The notes beneath the pieces are model-generated. The model ran no database searches. It saw only the letters and a list, made by a program, of their open reading frames with translations, and was not told where the DNA came from. This document shows, in pieces, positions 25,831 through 39,410 of a stretch of 64,000 nucleotides of DNA. Made by a program: the position numbers and the translations under genes. Origin of the DNA: Gracilinanus agilis (Eukaryota); assembly GCF_016433145.1 (NCBI RefSeq), contig NC_058132.1:186132804-186196803 (forward strand), read 5' to 3'. Positions within the stretch are counted from its first letter, which is position 1; the number at the start of each line of letters is the position of its first letter.

Positions 25831-27139
25831 AATGTACAAATATTGTAAACAAAGAAAATAAGGAAAATATATGAAGAGATAAAAAAAGAAGAAAAGAGAT
25901 TAAGAATAATATATACCATGGTAGCATTAAAAAAAATAACTGCCACAAAATCAAGAGAAAATGTTTACAAGTGAAACAAATCCAAAGGGAATTCAAAAGC
26001 AGATGTATCTGTTAACATACAAATATAATTTAAATATTTAGACAAATTATAAATAATGTGGAGTTTGTGGTTTTACATGTAATTTTTATGCATTTGTTTA
26101 GTAAAATGTTTTTGGAGGTGATAGTGGTTAAGTATGTAATTTTTAAAAGATGAAAAAATAAGACTGACATAGCTACATATGTTGTTTACATTTATTATAC
26201 TCTAATTTATTTTATTAGAATTAGCTATTCAATTATCATGGCTATTATCAGAGAACAAAGATTGACAGTCTCCCTGAATTGGTACAAACTGCATTAAAGT
26301 CTGCCAGGCAAAAGTTTCTGCAGTTGGAGCAATTTTTATATCATCTTCATAAGCCTCCAATTTCAGAATATTGTGGTTTGATGAACTGTATCTTTATAAA
26401 TGATATTTATTATGGTTTCTTCTATTTTAATTTCACCTTCAGCCAAATCAACTTTATCCTGAACAACTTGTTCTTTTGTATGTAGCTGAAAATCATTAGC
26501 AATTCCTCCAATTTTTCCATTAACCCAAAATAAAGTTCAAAAGGTTTGGCAGTAATGTCCATTTTTAAAACTATTGATGACCTATGCTTATTTTAAATCT
26601 TTATAATTGATGAAATCTTGAGCCTTTTGTCTCTTCCCAAATGCATCAAGACATAATCCAAATTTAATATTTATTATACATTTTCGCACAACCAGGCAAG
26701 ATTCTGATATCCCATGACCTGGTCTCTAACTTAATAAATTCCCCATTGTAACTAGCCTCATGAATATAAATTTTGATTATTGCATTTTTCTCTTAAAAAA
26801 GATTGCCACCCCATGCTGTCATTTTTCCATTTAGCAAATGAATCCAAAGTAGATCTACAAGTAATAGCCAAGGAGTTTGATCTAAACATAAGCCAAAGCC
26901 AAATTCCTGACTAATCAGGAAAGCATAGGTTCGCGGGTGTCCCACGCAGTGGAGTCAAATCAGCAATGTTGGAAGGGGAAAAAAAAGAGTCCACATCATA
27001 ATCTAGTAGAATTATGTTCCCTGACAGCAAGTACTGTTGAATGTTTTTCTCTTTTCCCAACACCCATGACAATGCTGAACATACACTAAAGACTTAAAAC
27101 TCTTTTGTGGAATTTATTTGAAATTATCAAAGGATAACT

Positions 27140-27790
27140 TTCTGAACTTAGAGTACATGATACAAAAGAAAATTTTAAGGGGTGTTCAACATTGAATCAG
27201 TGACAACATAGTTCAGAAGGCAAAAGTAAGCCTCAGCAGGATGACTAAGATTTTGTCTTTTGCTTTATCTCTGCCCAAGATGGAAACTGTAGAAGATCAG
27301 ATTTTAATTGGAACTTGAAGGAAATCACAGAAGCTCAGAGGCAGAGATGAAGAAGAGAAGGATTTCAGCTGTGGAGGACAGTCAGAAAAAATGCCCAGTA
27401 ACGCAATTTGGAGTGGCCTGCTTATACAGCAGCAAGGAGGCCCGTGTTGTTGAATGAAAGAGTATGTGATGGAGAGTAAAGTATAAGAAACTGGGAAGGT
27501 AGGCAGGAGGGAGATTGGGTTAGGAAATACACAGAAGGTCAAATGATTCATTTCATTTTGTCCTAGAGGTGATTGAGATCCACTGGAGTTTTATTGATTG
27601 AGGGAGTGACATGTTCAGAGCTGAGCATTAGGAAAATCACTGCAGTGGCTGAATAGAAGATGGAATCAAGGAGAGATTCATGGAAGGCAGGCTTAACAAT
27701 AATCTATGAAGGAGATAATAAAAGCCTACCCAAGGATGAAGACAGTATCAGAGGAGAGAAGAGAATATATTTGAGAAATGTTGAAAAGGC
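27140..27790 (-). mobile_element. L2 fragment
   Basis: gaggtgattgagatccactggagttttattgattgagggagtgacatg...ggaaaatcactgcagtggctgaatagaagatgg. Confidence 0.65.
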
Positions 27791-27796
27791 ACATCT

Positions 27797-28615
27797 GTAT
27801 TGAATAATTAGGAAATCATTAAATAGATTCTCTTATGGGAGAGCTCTTATGGGTAACTTAAATATTACTAAGTTTAGAGAAAGGGGAGAAGGAGGACTGA
27901 CTGGACAGGGATAACAGACTGGACAAACAAACTGGGGAAACACAAACCCCAACAAAGAACAAGGAATGGGAGATCATGGATTGTCAGTTGATACCAACTG
28001 CCACCATAGATCCACCTAGCCTGAGAGTCTGTAAAACTAACAAGTGAGTACACTGGGACCAAAGATTTATAAAGACAGGTTTAATTAGATAAACTTTGGT
28101 TTTGAAGAAAGGGAAAGGGATGTCTAACCTATAGGCAAGTCTCTGGGTCAGGGAAGGAACTTATCTACACTAAGATAAAGGCTTTATCAAGGCACAGCTG
28201 GACTATCAGGGATGGAAGTGGGATCCTCACTACTGAGTCCCATCTAAATCCAGCAATGAAACAGCTCTCCCAGATCCTCAGCCAGTAATCCTTGAGATAG
28301 GCAAGGTTAGGGAGTTAAACCAGCCTGAGATGACCAGCAGCCCAGGTCAGGTTTGACATTTTCGACCTAACTTCCCACAGACAGATGATTCTTCCTTCAG
28401 GATACCAGGATACATACTCCACTTTCCCTGAGGTCTCCCACTGAGTCACTTGGTCAGCAGCAACTTGCACTCATCAAACATGGAGTCCATCCCAGGAGAA
28501 AGAGCCACTTCCTGCTTCCCCATTCCATTTAGAATTCTCCAGCCTTGCTTGATAAGTCTCCTAATAATACCTAATCTTAAACATTTGCACCCTACTTTAT
28601 TAATTTATCTACAAC
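27797..28615 (-). mobile_element. Probable ERV solo LTR
   Basis: GC content above flanks, TG...CA ends, minus-strand ATTAAA (gtttaat near 28080), ETS (cacttcctg) and AP-1 (tgagtca) motifs; no clean TSD found. Confidence 0.5.
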
Positions 28616-29304
28616 AATTCCTAGAAGACATCAAGATAATTTGTAGAGGAGAAGTGATAAATAACCTCTGTCCAACTTTAGACATTAAGTCAGTTTTAAT
28701 CCTATTTGGGAACTTCGTATAGAGATGAGAAATTCTTTCTCATTAAATCCACTTGCTTCCCAGAGTTTACTCGGTTTCCTAAAAATGTTATTAGCAATTT
28801 TCCAGAAATAATTCAAAACATCACAATCTCTCTTTATCCTAAAGGAGTTAATGTATTTGACAGTTTCTCCAAAATTTTTCTACTCAGTTTTCAACAGTGA
28901 GTAAAACTTCAGCAAAAATAGATTAACCAGGCATTAAGCATTTGGAGTAAGAACCATAGAAACTTCACAAATAAGCTTAGATGAGGAAGACTGACACAAA
29001 GGATGCTTGGGAAAGATCTTGTTAGAAGAATTTAGAGTATGCCTAGTAGTAGAAGAATTATAAGAAGGAAGAACATTTTCCATTCAATTTTTTTTTGGAA
29101 AATGAGCAAAGCTTCTATAGCATCTGTTATATTCCAGAGGGTTTATTTTCCATAATAAGGAAAGTATTTTTATAGAGAGAATAGAAAATTCTTGGACTAT
29201 GCCAACAGTTGTATATTCGTGGGAATTGTCAAACTTTCCACTTTTATGATGTCTAAACTCATAAGTACATTTTCTTTTTGTTTTTTGTATTTGGGAATTA
29301 CCTA

Positions 29305-29540
29305 CATGGTACAGTACCTGGAGACAGGAAAACTAAGTTGAAATCTAGACTCAAAACACTTACTTGTTATGTGATCCTGGCCAAACAACTTCATCTCTTT
29401 TGCTTCAGTTTCTTTCTCTGTAAAATTGTAATAATAATACCACCTATTTCCCATAATTTTTGATGAGAAAGATATTATTTGTAATACACAACACAGTTTA
29501 TGGAAAACAGTAGGCACTTAATAGATACTTGTTTCCACCA
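29305..29540 (+). mobile_element. MIR SINE
   Basis: atggtacagtacctggagacaggaaaact...tatgtgatcctggccaaacaacttcatctc...gtaaaattgtaataataataccacctatttccc. Confidence 0.7.
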
Positions 29541-29639
29541 TTTTGTGATTAAGCTTTAAATCATACATATATGTCCATCTTTTAGTTTGCTTACCCTTAT
29601 CTGAGAGCAGGGACTACACATTCTGCATTTCCTAATAAT

Positions 29640-30520
29640 CCTTGAAATAGGTCCCTTCTCTTTCTACCTTCTCTCTGTGATCTCTACCATGGGTAGCATG
29701 TCTATATAAGTAATTCCCAAATATATATGTCCAATTCCTAATGTCTCTCCTGAATTCTAGTTTCATATCACCAACTGCCTCCTAGATGTTTCTATCTGGA
29801 AGCCAAGAAGTTAGGTGGTATAGTGAATGGATGCTCCCAGGGATTTTCTGAAGAAAAAATGAGATAATATGTGTAAAATATTTAGCACAGTGCCTAGAAC
29901 ATAGTAGGTGCTTAATTAATCCTTGTTTCCTTTCTTCCTTCCTTATATCTGAAGCTCAGAATATCTAAGAGTTGCTTTCCTATTTTTATTGAGGGAACCA
30001 CTATCCTCTGAGATGGTCAAGCTCGTAACTTCGAACTCATCCTTAACTCTTCCCTCTTTTTTCATTCCTTATATTTAATCAGTTTCCAAGTCTTATCAAC
30101 TCTACCTTTATAGCATCTCTAACATTCATCCCATTTTTTCACTCATCACCACCACTACTTTAGTTCAGACCAACATCAGCCCCTCATCACTGCTCACCTG
30201 AACCACTGTAGTACTCTAAGTAGTCTCACTATTTCCACTATCTCCACTCCATTCTCTATACAATAACAAAAAGTATTATTCTAAAATAAATTCCTGATTA
30301 CAGCACCTGCTAAAAACTTTCATTTTAATTCTCTTTACCTCTAGGACAATAAACTTCAATAAATTCCCAAGAGTGGAATTCAAGGGATTCTACAATTTTA
30401 TTTCATCTTTAGGTTTCCAATCTTACCTCCAATTACTTACTTTTTCACACTGTATTCCAGCCAAACTAGACTTCTAACTGTTCTCTGTACTTGATATTAT
30501 ATCTCTTGCTTCTGTGTACC
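29640..30520 (+). mobile_element. L2 fragments with a MIR piece inserted (about 29805-29940)
   Basis: tctctcctgaattctagtttcatatcaccaactgcctcctagatgtttctatctgga and ttcatccccattttttcactcatcaccaccactactttagttcag are L2-like. Confidence 0.6.
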
Positions 30521-33500
30521 TCTACCCCATAAAGAGGATGTATTATTTCCATTTTTTCATTTACTTATTTATTTATCTTGCCCAAAGACTCATGGCTAAG
30601 ATACCACCCTTATGCAGAAAACATATTTTTCCTTAAAGGTCTGCTATTTGGAAATGCACCCCGAAAGTTCTTTTGGTTTTGTATTGGCCTTTCCTTTTGC
30701 TTTTGTCATATCTACCTAAGTCAATCTCAGTACTTTACAGGAAGGGCATTCCATATGCTTGTTAATGAGCTGAGTTTGGCTCGATCAGCAATTCATTCAC
30801 ACCTTTTCTCTTCAGTGATATTTCCTGGCCATTTTATGAGGGACGATGACTTCCTGGATCTTTCTACTTTCTATTTTTATTTTACTGGACATAAACATGA
30901 CCGATGAGTCACTGATTACCACTGACTTATGATGATGAAGCTTTAGAATTCAAGTCTCTTGTTTACCTTTTAGTGTCATAGTAACTGTGACATAATTGAT
31001 CTGTTTCTCTTATTTCATGATTTATTTCTTCAGATATATTGCATTGTTTTAAATATGCCCTGTTAAACACCATTTATTAAATGAATACTCCTCAAAAGCA
31101 TATCAATTTGATAATTCAATATCCAGATGGGGAAAAATATAGTATTTTACATAACAGGTAGCACAATTTTTGATAATGAAAGATTTTTGTTTTCAAATGT
31201 CAAAAATACAATTCTACACCTATTATAAAAATTTTAGTAATCATCTGAAACAATGAATGAAAATATAATTTCAGAAATCAGTAGCCCCAGTAAATGGATA
31301 TTATAAAGTTTATTATGTGTATTTTTATTCTATATTCACACATATCGAGTGATTTTTGTCAATAGTTCCTGCATTAGATTATCCTTGCAAAGAGGCAAAC
31401 TGCTGTGTTGCAGTAATTTAATTGAAAACATGATTGCAATAATCTCTATGTCTCATACTCTTTTATGTTCTCCTGCATGGGAACAGTCTTAAATTAATGA
31501 ATGATTTTTACCCATTCACAAAATGGGGGGAGAAGTGTCATCACCTCTCAACTAATCACTATCCCCACTTTCATAAGTTTTAAACATCCACATAGAACTC
31601 ATCCATTAACATGACAGATTTGTTATTAATTTATGATGAAACTAGCTAGCTATTGCTAAGTGAAGTTAGATTCATTCTTAATCTCCATATCTACCTATGA
31701 TTCATATAATAATTGTCTAACTAGAAATGTGCTACTTAATGAGAACTTTTTTATTTTAAAATATGAATGTTTTCATATTTTACATAATCTATTCTAAGAA
31801 ATAATTTATTCCTGTCAATTGAAAACAAATTAGAATTTCCAGGGAAAGATATAAATATTAAAAAAATTCAGTAAAGGCAGGAACATTCCCTGTTAGTAAT
31901 GCAAAGGAAGGGAAAATGGAATGGAACCATCTGATTCTCCTCCAAGGTAATAGCGAAAGTGTCTGGTAGTTGCCATTCCAAAGACCTGTGACCATCTGGT
32001 CAGGGATTGCCTGTGGCAAAATATTTGGCAATGAGTAGACCATATAATAAGCAAAAGAGGAAATGATTGAGGAAACCAAATTTTGATCTTCTGAACATAT
32101 TGATTTATTAAACAAAACATGGCAATTGCTCAATAAATTATGATGAGTCCTCTTTCTCAGCTTAGGAGTAGGCTCCAAATATTGGGAGAGACAGACTTTT
32201 AGACAAGATAAGCAATTAATTAAATAAGACAAATTAATTAAAAGTAAAGGACAAAGCATTAGGTAAAATGATTTCTAATTGAATGGAAGATAAGAAACTT
32301 CCATGTTGGGAGGGGGAGAGTAAACAGGTACAGTTTTCTAAATTCAGGTGAAGAGGTGTCACTCCTCCCCACATATCTGTAAACAATCAAGGGAACATGG
32401 AAAAAAACAACTGATTAATCAGTATAAGACTAGTTTTCAAATAATACACATGGGTTATTTAAAATGTAGAATTATGAGAAAACTCCTTACATCAATCTTA
32501 CAATCTGATTGCGTTTCTGGCCAACATAAGGTCCTTTATTAAGGATTCTAAAAGAGCAGGTATAGGCTTCATATTTCCCATACATCCTGGTACAAATAAT
32601 GCAGTAAGGTTCTCTCTTAATCCCCACAACTGAATAAACTTTTCTTACAAGACAGAATTTGGACTAGGCTCATAATTGGATAGAAAGAGAACTAAACTTA
32701 TACAATCAACTCATTCCATCAGGCTTGCATAGCTTACAATGATCCTTAATTTAGATAACAAAATGTTATTAGCTGGATCCTGAGATCTTGGGACCCCTCT
32801 ATTAGTTTGTTTCAATAATTCTGTATTAGAGTAGTATATAAATAAATATCAATTTTTATTATAGATCCTTACTAAATCAGTATTTATTGAAAAGATTGGA
32901 TGGATTAGCCACCCCCAAATTCATCAGTTTTCTCATCTCTGCTAGACACTCTGTGGATAAGTTCATATTCAGTAAGGTTCAAATAAAGGAGGATAGACAC
33001 TGTTTTTGATTTTCAACTCAAAGTAATAAGAAATGGGTGATTTTCCAATGTGTTTGCTGGAGCATCAAGCAGAGATACAGCTTGGCAGGTTACCTTTAGT
33101 TATTTATCTGTTTCATATGTTTTGTCTTCTATACTACATTTTAAGCCACTCAATAGCAGAGATCATATCATCTACTCCCTTTGAATACCCCTGTGATTCT
33201 CAGAATAGAGTCCTGTACTTAGTAGATACTCAATGAATTGGGATTGACTAATGAACAATTTTGATAGCAATGATAACACTCCAATTAATTTAGCTGCTAA
33301 TTAACACTGGTCTAAAATGATGTTTGGGTGTATTTTGGAGTTTCATTTATTCCATTTATGCCTCCACTTAATTAACACAGATAATTAAGTTTTGGGTATT
33401 TTCATGTGAGTGTTCAGAATCCATAACATTTATTTCACTTTCTCCAACTTTTAAAGATTTATGCATGATTTATACAACTCATATAACCTCTCTATCATTT

Positions 33501-33775
33501 TATTCATGTATAAAATGTAGATACATATATCACTGTGCTTTTATTTTTTAATTTATACATTGTTTGATGTAAATGAGAATCATATTCAAACATTTATGTT
33601 TGTATGTATATGTACTCCCATGTGTTTGTCTTTCCCTGGCTGTATTTGTATAGGTGTAAACAGACAAATATATACACATTTAACAATCTAATTAATGTAA
33701 CTAAAAAGATATTCTATGTCCCATACAGTAGTCATGAAAAATTGACTCTGAGTTACAGAATCAATCATTCTAAGG

Positions 33776-34242
33776 TGTAACTAGTTATGAACAAGTCATT
33801 AGTCAATCAGAGAAGTGAAGTTTATGGGAATTGTAGGACACTAGAAGAACACAAATACTCAGAAACTGCACCAGAGTTATGAGTACTTAATAGGAAATTT
33901 ATAAGGATGCCATTAAGGGAGTAAAGAACTTCCATCCAACTATGAGCTATGTGCTATCCCTTTGCTGCATATGCTTGCATATGCTCTCCCCTTTGTATAT
34001 TGAAGAGACCTTATATATTAAAGATTGCATCTGCCCATGTTATGTGAGGGCCAGCAGCAAATATCCTCACTATACCACATTTTAAAATATCCTTTTCTGA
34101 AAGTTAACTAACTCTCTTTGGATAATTGATAATCAATTTGGAGTCCCTGAGATAGAGACTCTGAACAACAGTACTAGAAAACCTCTAATCTCTCAGGGCT
34201 ACCCTGAAAACCTTACTAGGAGAAAGTCAAATGCTAGTTACA
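33776..34242 (+). mobile_element. Candidate solo LTR
   Basis: Perfect 9-bp inverted termini tgtaactag...ctagttaca, tgggaattgtag motif, ATTAAA near 34018; no TSD, so weak. Confidence 0.4.
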
Positions 34243-34898
34243 GTTTGTGGGAGAGGGGAACTAAGCCTAGAGGGGGTGCTATACATATAAGTAAGTGTAC
34301 ATAGCTAGTAGATAAATATAATAAAAACACTATTTTCTTCCGAGAATAGATGATATAAATTACACATGCATTAATATTGCATTCCATTAAATTTCTACTT
34401 TGATGCATCTTCGTGATCTGCAAATAACTGATTTCTTGAGGCAATAAACTGGCAGATTCTACAAACGAGGGGAGGTTTCAAATAAAAGTCTGACTAATGT
34501 ACTACAGATTAAGTGAGAAAGGCCTATCAATACTTATCCACAGGGTAATTAAATTTTAGGCATGACAGTTATTTTTTTAATCATCTATTAAAGCCTATAT
34601 ATAGGACTCTGATCTGAATCAGTGGAAAGAACAGCAACACCAATGGAATCTCAGATTGCTAAAGTGTTGGAAAATATAAATTCCACTTGTAGATGTATTT
34701 ATATAACAGTATACTTAAACATAAGCACATATACTTTGAGTCCTGAAAAAGGAACTTCTAAGAGATAAAAATACCTTCAGTTCAATGAACACTTGTATGT
34801 GAAACAAGTATTTCATGTGTTGTAATATATAGTTTATATTTGTTTTTATATGTGTATATTTATCTGTAAACATAATTCCATATAAAACTTTATCATTT

Positions 34899-35076
34899 GG
34901 GGTAATTAGCTGGCTCAGAAAGCCAGGCCTGGTGATTAAGAGGTCAAGGGTCCAAATAAGACCTTAGACACTCCTTAGCTGTGTCACTTTAACCACAAGC
35001 CCTAGCCTATACCTCTCTTCTGCTTTGAAACTGATATTTAGTGTTGAATCTAAGATGAATGGAAAGGATTTAAAAA
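34899..35076 (+). mobile_element. SINE1_Mdo-like SINE (diverged, internally deleted)
   Basis: gggg..agctggctcag..agccaggcct head; tail ccctagcctatacctctcttctgctttgaaactgatatttagtgttgaatctaagatgaatggaaaggatttaaaaa matches my recollection of the opossum SINE1 tail. Confidence 0.7.
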
Positions 35077-36694
35077 TATATAGTTAAGGAGTCATTAAAA
35101 TCTCATAAGCTATGTTATATGTAATTATATACATAAGTCTAGATTTATAAACATACATAATTCTATATAAAACTAAAGAGCCACAAAATCTGTCTAATTG
35201 AATATCTATTTCTGTACAGCATTCTTATACAATCATATAAATTTATATGTTATATATAAATTTATCTGTTCACAGAATTTAGAGCTTGAAAGATCTCAAT
35301 TTTTATCTAGTCCAGCTCCATTTTGCAAATAAGAAAACTGAGATCTTTGGAAGTTACATGACCTTTCTAATATCACATAGATGATAAGCCACAGAGCTGA
35401 GACTTGAACTGTTTCTTTTTTCCCCAAATTTAGTGCTCTCTTTACTGAACCAATTTGTGACTGTAATTATATTGGGAAATGCTACCTTCCAATTTCAAAT
35501 TAACTGCCTCCATTCAAGATGATACATAAGAAATGAGATCTAAGATTCTGATATAGACTCATAAGAAACAATCTGGGTAAAATGTATTTCAAGTCAATAT
35601 CAGGAGGAACTTCCTTACCACCAGACCAAAACAAAAATAAAGTTTTCTACCAATTTAGATGCTTGAATGCCCTATTAGTAGAGTTGCTTGTGAAGAGCCT
35701 GAATAACTGTCACCTCTTAGGATTGTTATAGATGATATCCTTAATATGGTTTTCATTTGGGTAAAGTAGCCTCTGAGGTCCCTTCAAGCCCTGTAATTAT
35801 ATTAAGCCAGAATTATGGTTATTTTTGATGTCTAAATATGTGATTTAATTGGTGCCAAAAACACAATAAAGGATCTTCTCTCATCAGTGCAGAACATCAG
35901 CTTCTCTGTAAAGGTCTAGAGACTTGCCTTGTACACTCAGATGGTAAGTGATCTGTCCAGGGTCTAATATATACTTGAAGTGAGATTTGAACCCTGCTCC
36001 TCTCTTCTCTGAGAATAGCTTTATATCCACTCTGTCATGTTGCCTCTGCCTTCCTGATTCTATATCTTCTAAATACAAGAAGTAAAAAGAGGAACATGAA
36101 TTCCTGCGGCTTGTTACATTAAACAGACCAAAGAATCCCTAAAGGTTGTTTAATGGTATGTAATGTTTGTTCTCCATCAAGGGTGTTTTTAGTGCAGCAA
36201 TATTCTTGCTGGTACACAGCTTGCCACAATGTGGTCAAGCTGTTTTAAGAGCATTTCATGAAGAACACCTTGACCAAAAGAAAAAACACATCACACATTC
36301 TATCCCAATGATATAGTACTGGTGTAATATGTACGAGGGGGTGTGTTGCTCCAAAATTGCAATTTTTCTCCCATCCAACAATTTGGTTCGTATGCATTGA
36401 CAGATGCTCAGGTTCTATGTTATGAATACCAATATTTTCAGTCCTACTTAAGCATAATCATTCAGTCATAGAATCATAGTTCAGAAAATTATATCATTTA
36501 GGATCTGAAGGATAGCTTAGTGATCATCTCGTTATATCTACTTGTACAGACAGGGAAACTGAAACCCAGTTACAACTGGATCACTTGTCCAAAGTCTTAT
36601 AGTTTGAGATAGCACTTCCTGGCTGTTCTATTTTATCTCTAAATGGCAACATAATAGGATTATCCACAGTAAAAAAAAAAAGTCAAGAATGGAG

Positions 36695-36975
36695 AGAGTG
36701 TTGCTAGTGGAAAGAACATTGGCTTTGAAGTTAGAGGACTGAGGTACAGTGAGGAGACTTTAACCTGGAAGAGCTAAATTCAAAACTTGCTTCAGACAAT
36801 TACTTATCCAAGTTACTTTGACATATCATAACTTGTCTCAGTCTCAGTTTATTCATCTGGAAAATAGGGATAATAATAGCACCTACCTTACAAAATGGTA
36901 AGAATCAAATGAAATAACATATGTAAGGCAACTTACAAAACTTACGCACTATATAAATGCTTGATATCCCCATTA
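36695..36975 (+). mobile_element. MIR SINE
   Basis: gtggaaagaacattggctttgaagttag...tctcagtttattcatctggaaaatagggataataatagcacctacc. Confidence 0.7.
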
Positions 36976-37009
36976 TTGCTTTTGCTGTTATATGTTGTTA
37001 TGATGATTA

Positions 37010-37190
37010 TTATTCATGTTCAGTCCTTTCAGTCATTTCTGACTCTTCCTTATCTCATCTGGGGTTTTTTTGGCAAAGAGCCTGGAATGGTTTGTATTTC
37101 CTCCTTCAGATTTCTTTATAGATAAGGAATTTGAAGCAAATAGGGTTAAGTGGCTTGCCCAGCACTCTATCTACTGTGTCACCTAGCTAC
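37010..37190 (-). mobile_element. MAR1-type SINE
   Basis: tcagtcatttctgactcttcc...ggggttttttggcaaagagcctggaatggtttg...agggttaagtggcttgccc...gtcacctagctacctc. Confidence 0.75.
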
Positions 37191-39169
37191 CTCCATAATG
37201 TGGAGATTAAAATTAATATACAAGAACTAAGTATTATATTTTATAAAATTTTATTAGTGGAGGCACAGGAGAGATTAAAGGGAATTTTGTGAAATAATAA
37301 GGTACTTCTGGGGGATTCAGTCCAAGGTTCAAAATCTCCATTTATACAATAATTAAAGTAATTATTCAAATCCTCTCTTTGATGCTTACTTCTCTTGAAA
37401 ACTTGGGCAGTTCACTTTATCATTCTGGGCCTCCAGTTTCTCATCTTCAAAGTGTCAAGCTTCACAAAATAGTTTTTATGTTTCCTACCAGCTCTAAATC
37501 TATGATTAATAATAATAATAATAATTAGAAGTCAGTTGCATCATTGAAATTTTCTGATTATCAGTAAACCTTATTTCAGTCTTCTCTCCCCTAAATGAAT
37601 AATTTGTAAGTAGTAAAATGTGATATTGTTTCAGATGCTCCATTTCCTCCCTTCCAATACTCTAAAGGAGATGCTAGTAAGCATTTATATGGTCAGAAGA
37701 CAAGCAGTGAGATCATGTCATGGGATTTTCCCTCAGGCAATTCTATTTCCTTGGTCTCAGTACTTAATGAATCTAGGGAGTAGATATTTCCCCAAAATTC
37801 ACAGTACACAAGTTTATCCATATTTTCCACAATAGAAAATAAAGTTAGAAAGTAGATCATTGTTTTCATTGATATGAGGAACTCCAAATGAGGAAATTCC
37901 TTCTCCCAAAGTTAGTTCACCCTTTCTATACAATTTATAATCTTTCAGAATTGCCTAGTACATTGATAGATTAAATGAATTCCAGAGGTTCATCAAGCCA
38001 AGTATGTGTCAGAGATGGGAGAGATGTGGATAGGAAATACTTAGATTATTCTTAATCTAAATAACCTCAAATAACTGGGAATCAGTTATACTTTGAGTGT
38101 GGCCCTTCAACAATCATACAATAATCTTCCATATTTCAAATATTTATAATTTTGTTAGGATGCGCCACCTTTGGGCCCTCTCTCATATCACACAGAGCAG
38201 AACTTTTCTGTATTTTGTATGATAGTCTTTGAGAGCTGTTGTAGCTGAATTTCCATAAATAATTAGCAGAAGAGATTGAATTTGAATTGTTTCTCAGACA
38301 ATCACTATGTAGTGCATTGTCAGGTCCATACCCAAAGCTTCTTAATCTTGGTGGGACCCCCTAGCTTTTGAAAAGTTAGTGTTATCTCCCCATTATGAAA
38401 AAGAAATAGAACAGGACTTCAGAGAAGCATATGCAATATGGGTGACTAAACATTGTCATAAAGATATAAGATCTTAAAATTCAAATATTTATATATGTAA
38501 AACCATGGTTCTATTTCAGTATTGTTAAATGAATTTCTAGTTTTAAGTCAAAATCAAGTTGTTTCATCTAAGGTACAATAATAATTTGGTTTACATTTTG
38601 GTTAATAAATGAGATGAAGAGAGAATTTTTATCCTTAAGTTTTCTTAGGAATACTAACTGCTACAAAACCCTTATTTAGTCAAAGGAAAACCATTTTCTT
38701 TTGTATAGCCATTTTTGCACTTAAAAGCCTGGTCAAAATCAATAGTCTTGTAGCAAGAAAAAGGGAAACTTCTCAGGGAAAGGCTTATGAAAGTGTTCAT
38801 TTAAATCCACTAGATTTCTCACAATTTATTTAGAAAAACCTCCTATAGCTGGAAAAAAAATGTTTCAGTTACCACAGATGGTTTCACCCCCACGACAAAA
38901 ACCTGAGTACCCAATTCCTGCTGAGCAGGAGCTATGCTGTGATTCTGGCATCACGGGCAAGTTCATGAGTTTTTAACATATTATAGAAAGCAGACCAAGC
39001 AATCCTCAGTTTGTCTTTGTCTAAAGAAGATTCCATTACATCTGAGCAACAAAGAAGTGTGAATGTGGATGTTGGATGTGGGAAGACTTTTTGCAATTAA
39101 TGACAAATGTATTGAGGAATAATGCGATGAAATTAAGTAGAAGGAAATTATCTTATTATCAAGCATCTA

Positions 39170-39410
39170 GGTACACAGTAGATGGAACTTCAGTCTTGTA
39201 AGTAGGAAGACCTTAGTTGAAATGTGGCCTCAGACACGAACCATGTAATTAATGCAAGTCATTTAACCTCTGTTTGTTTCCTCATCTATAAATGGGGATA
39301 ATAATAGCACCTACCTCCAAGGACTGTTGTGAGGTTCAGATAAGATAATAATTGTAAAGATGTAAGGAGCTTAGCACAGTGTCTGGCAACATAATAAGCA
39401 CTATATAAAT
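39170..39410 (+). mobile_element. MIR SINE
   Basis: ggtacacagtagatgg...gtggcctcagacac...caagtcatttaacctctg...aaatggggataataatagcacctacctccaagg. Confidence 0.8.

Noticed and set aside
25009-25996. Four overlapping ORFs of 98-144 aa
   Set aside because: All lie within the two L1 fragments; only the minus frame 25323..25619 reflects real (L1 ORF2) coding ancestry.
31858-32259. Longest non-repeat ORF (133 aa, minus strand)
   Set aside because: No recognisable domain or splice context; by my rough estimate about one stop-free run this long is expected by chance in six frames of 64 kb.
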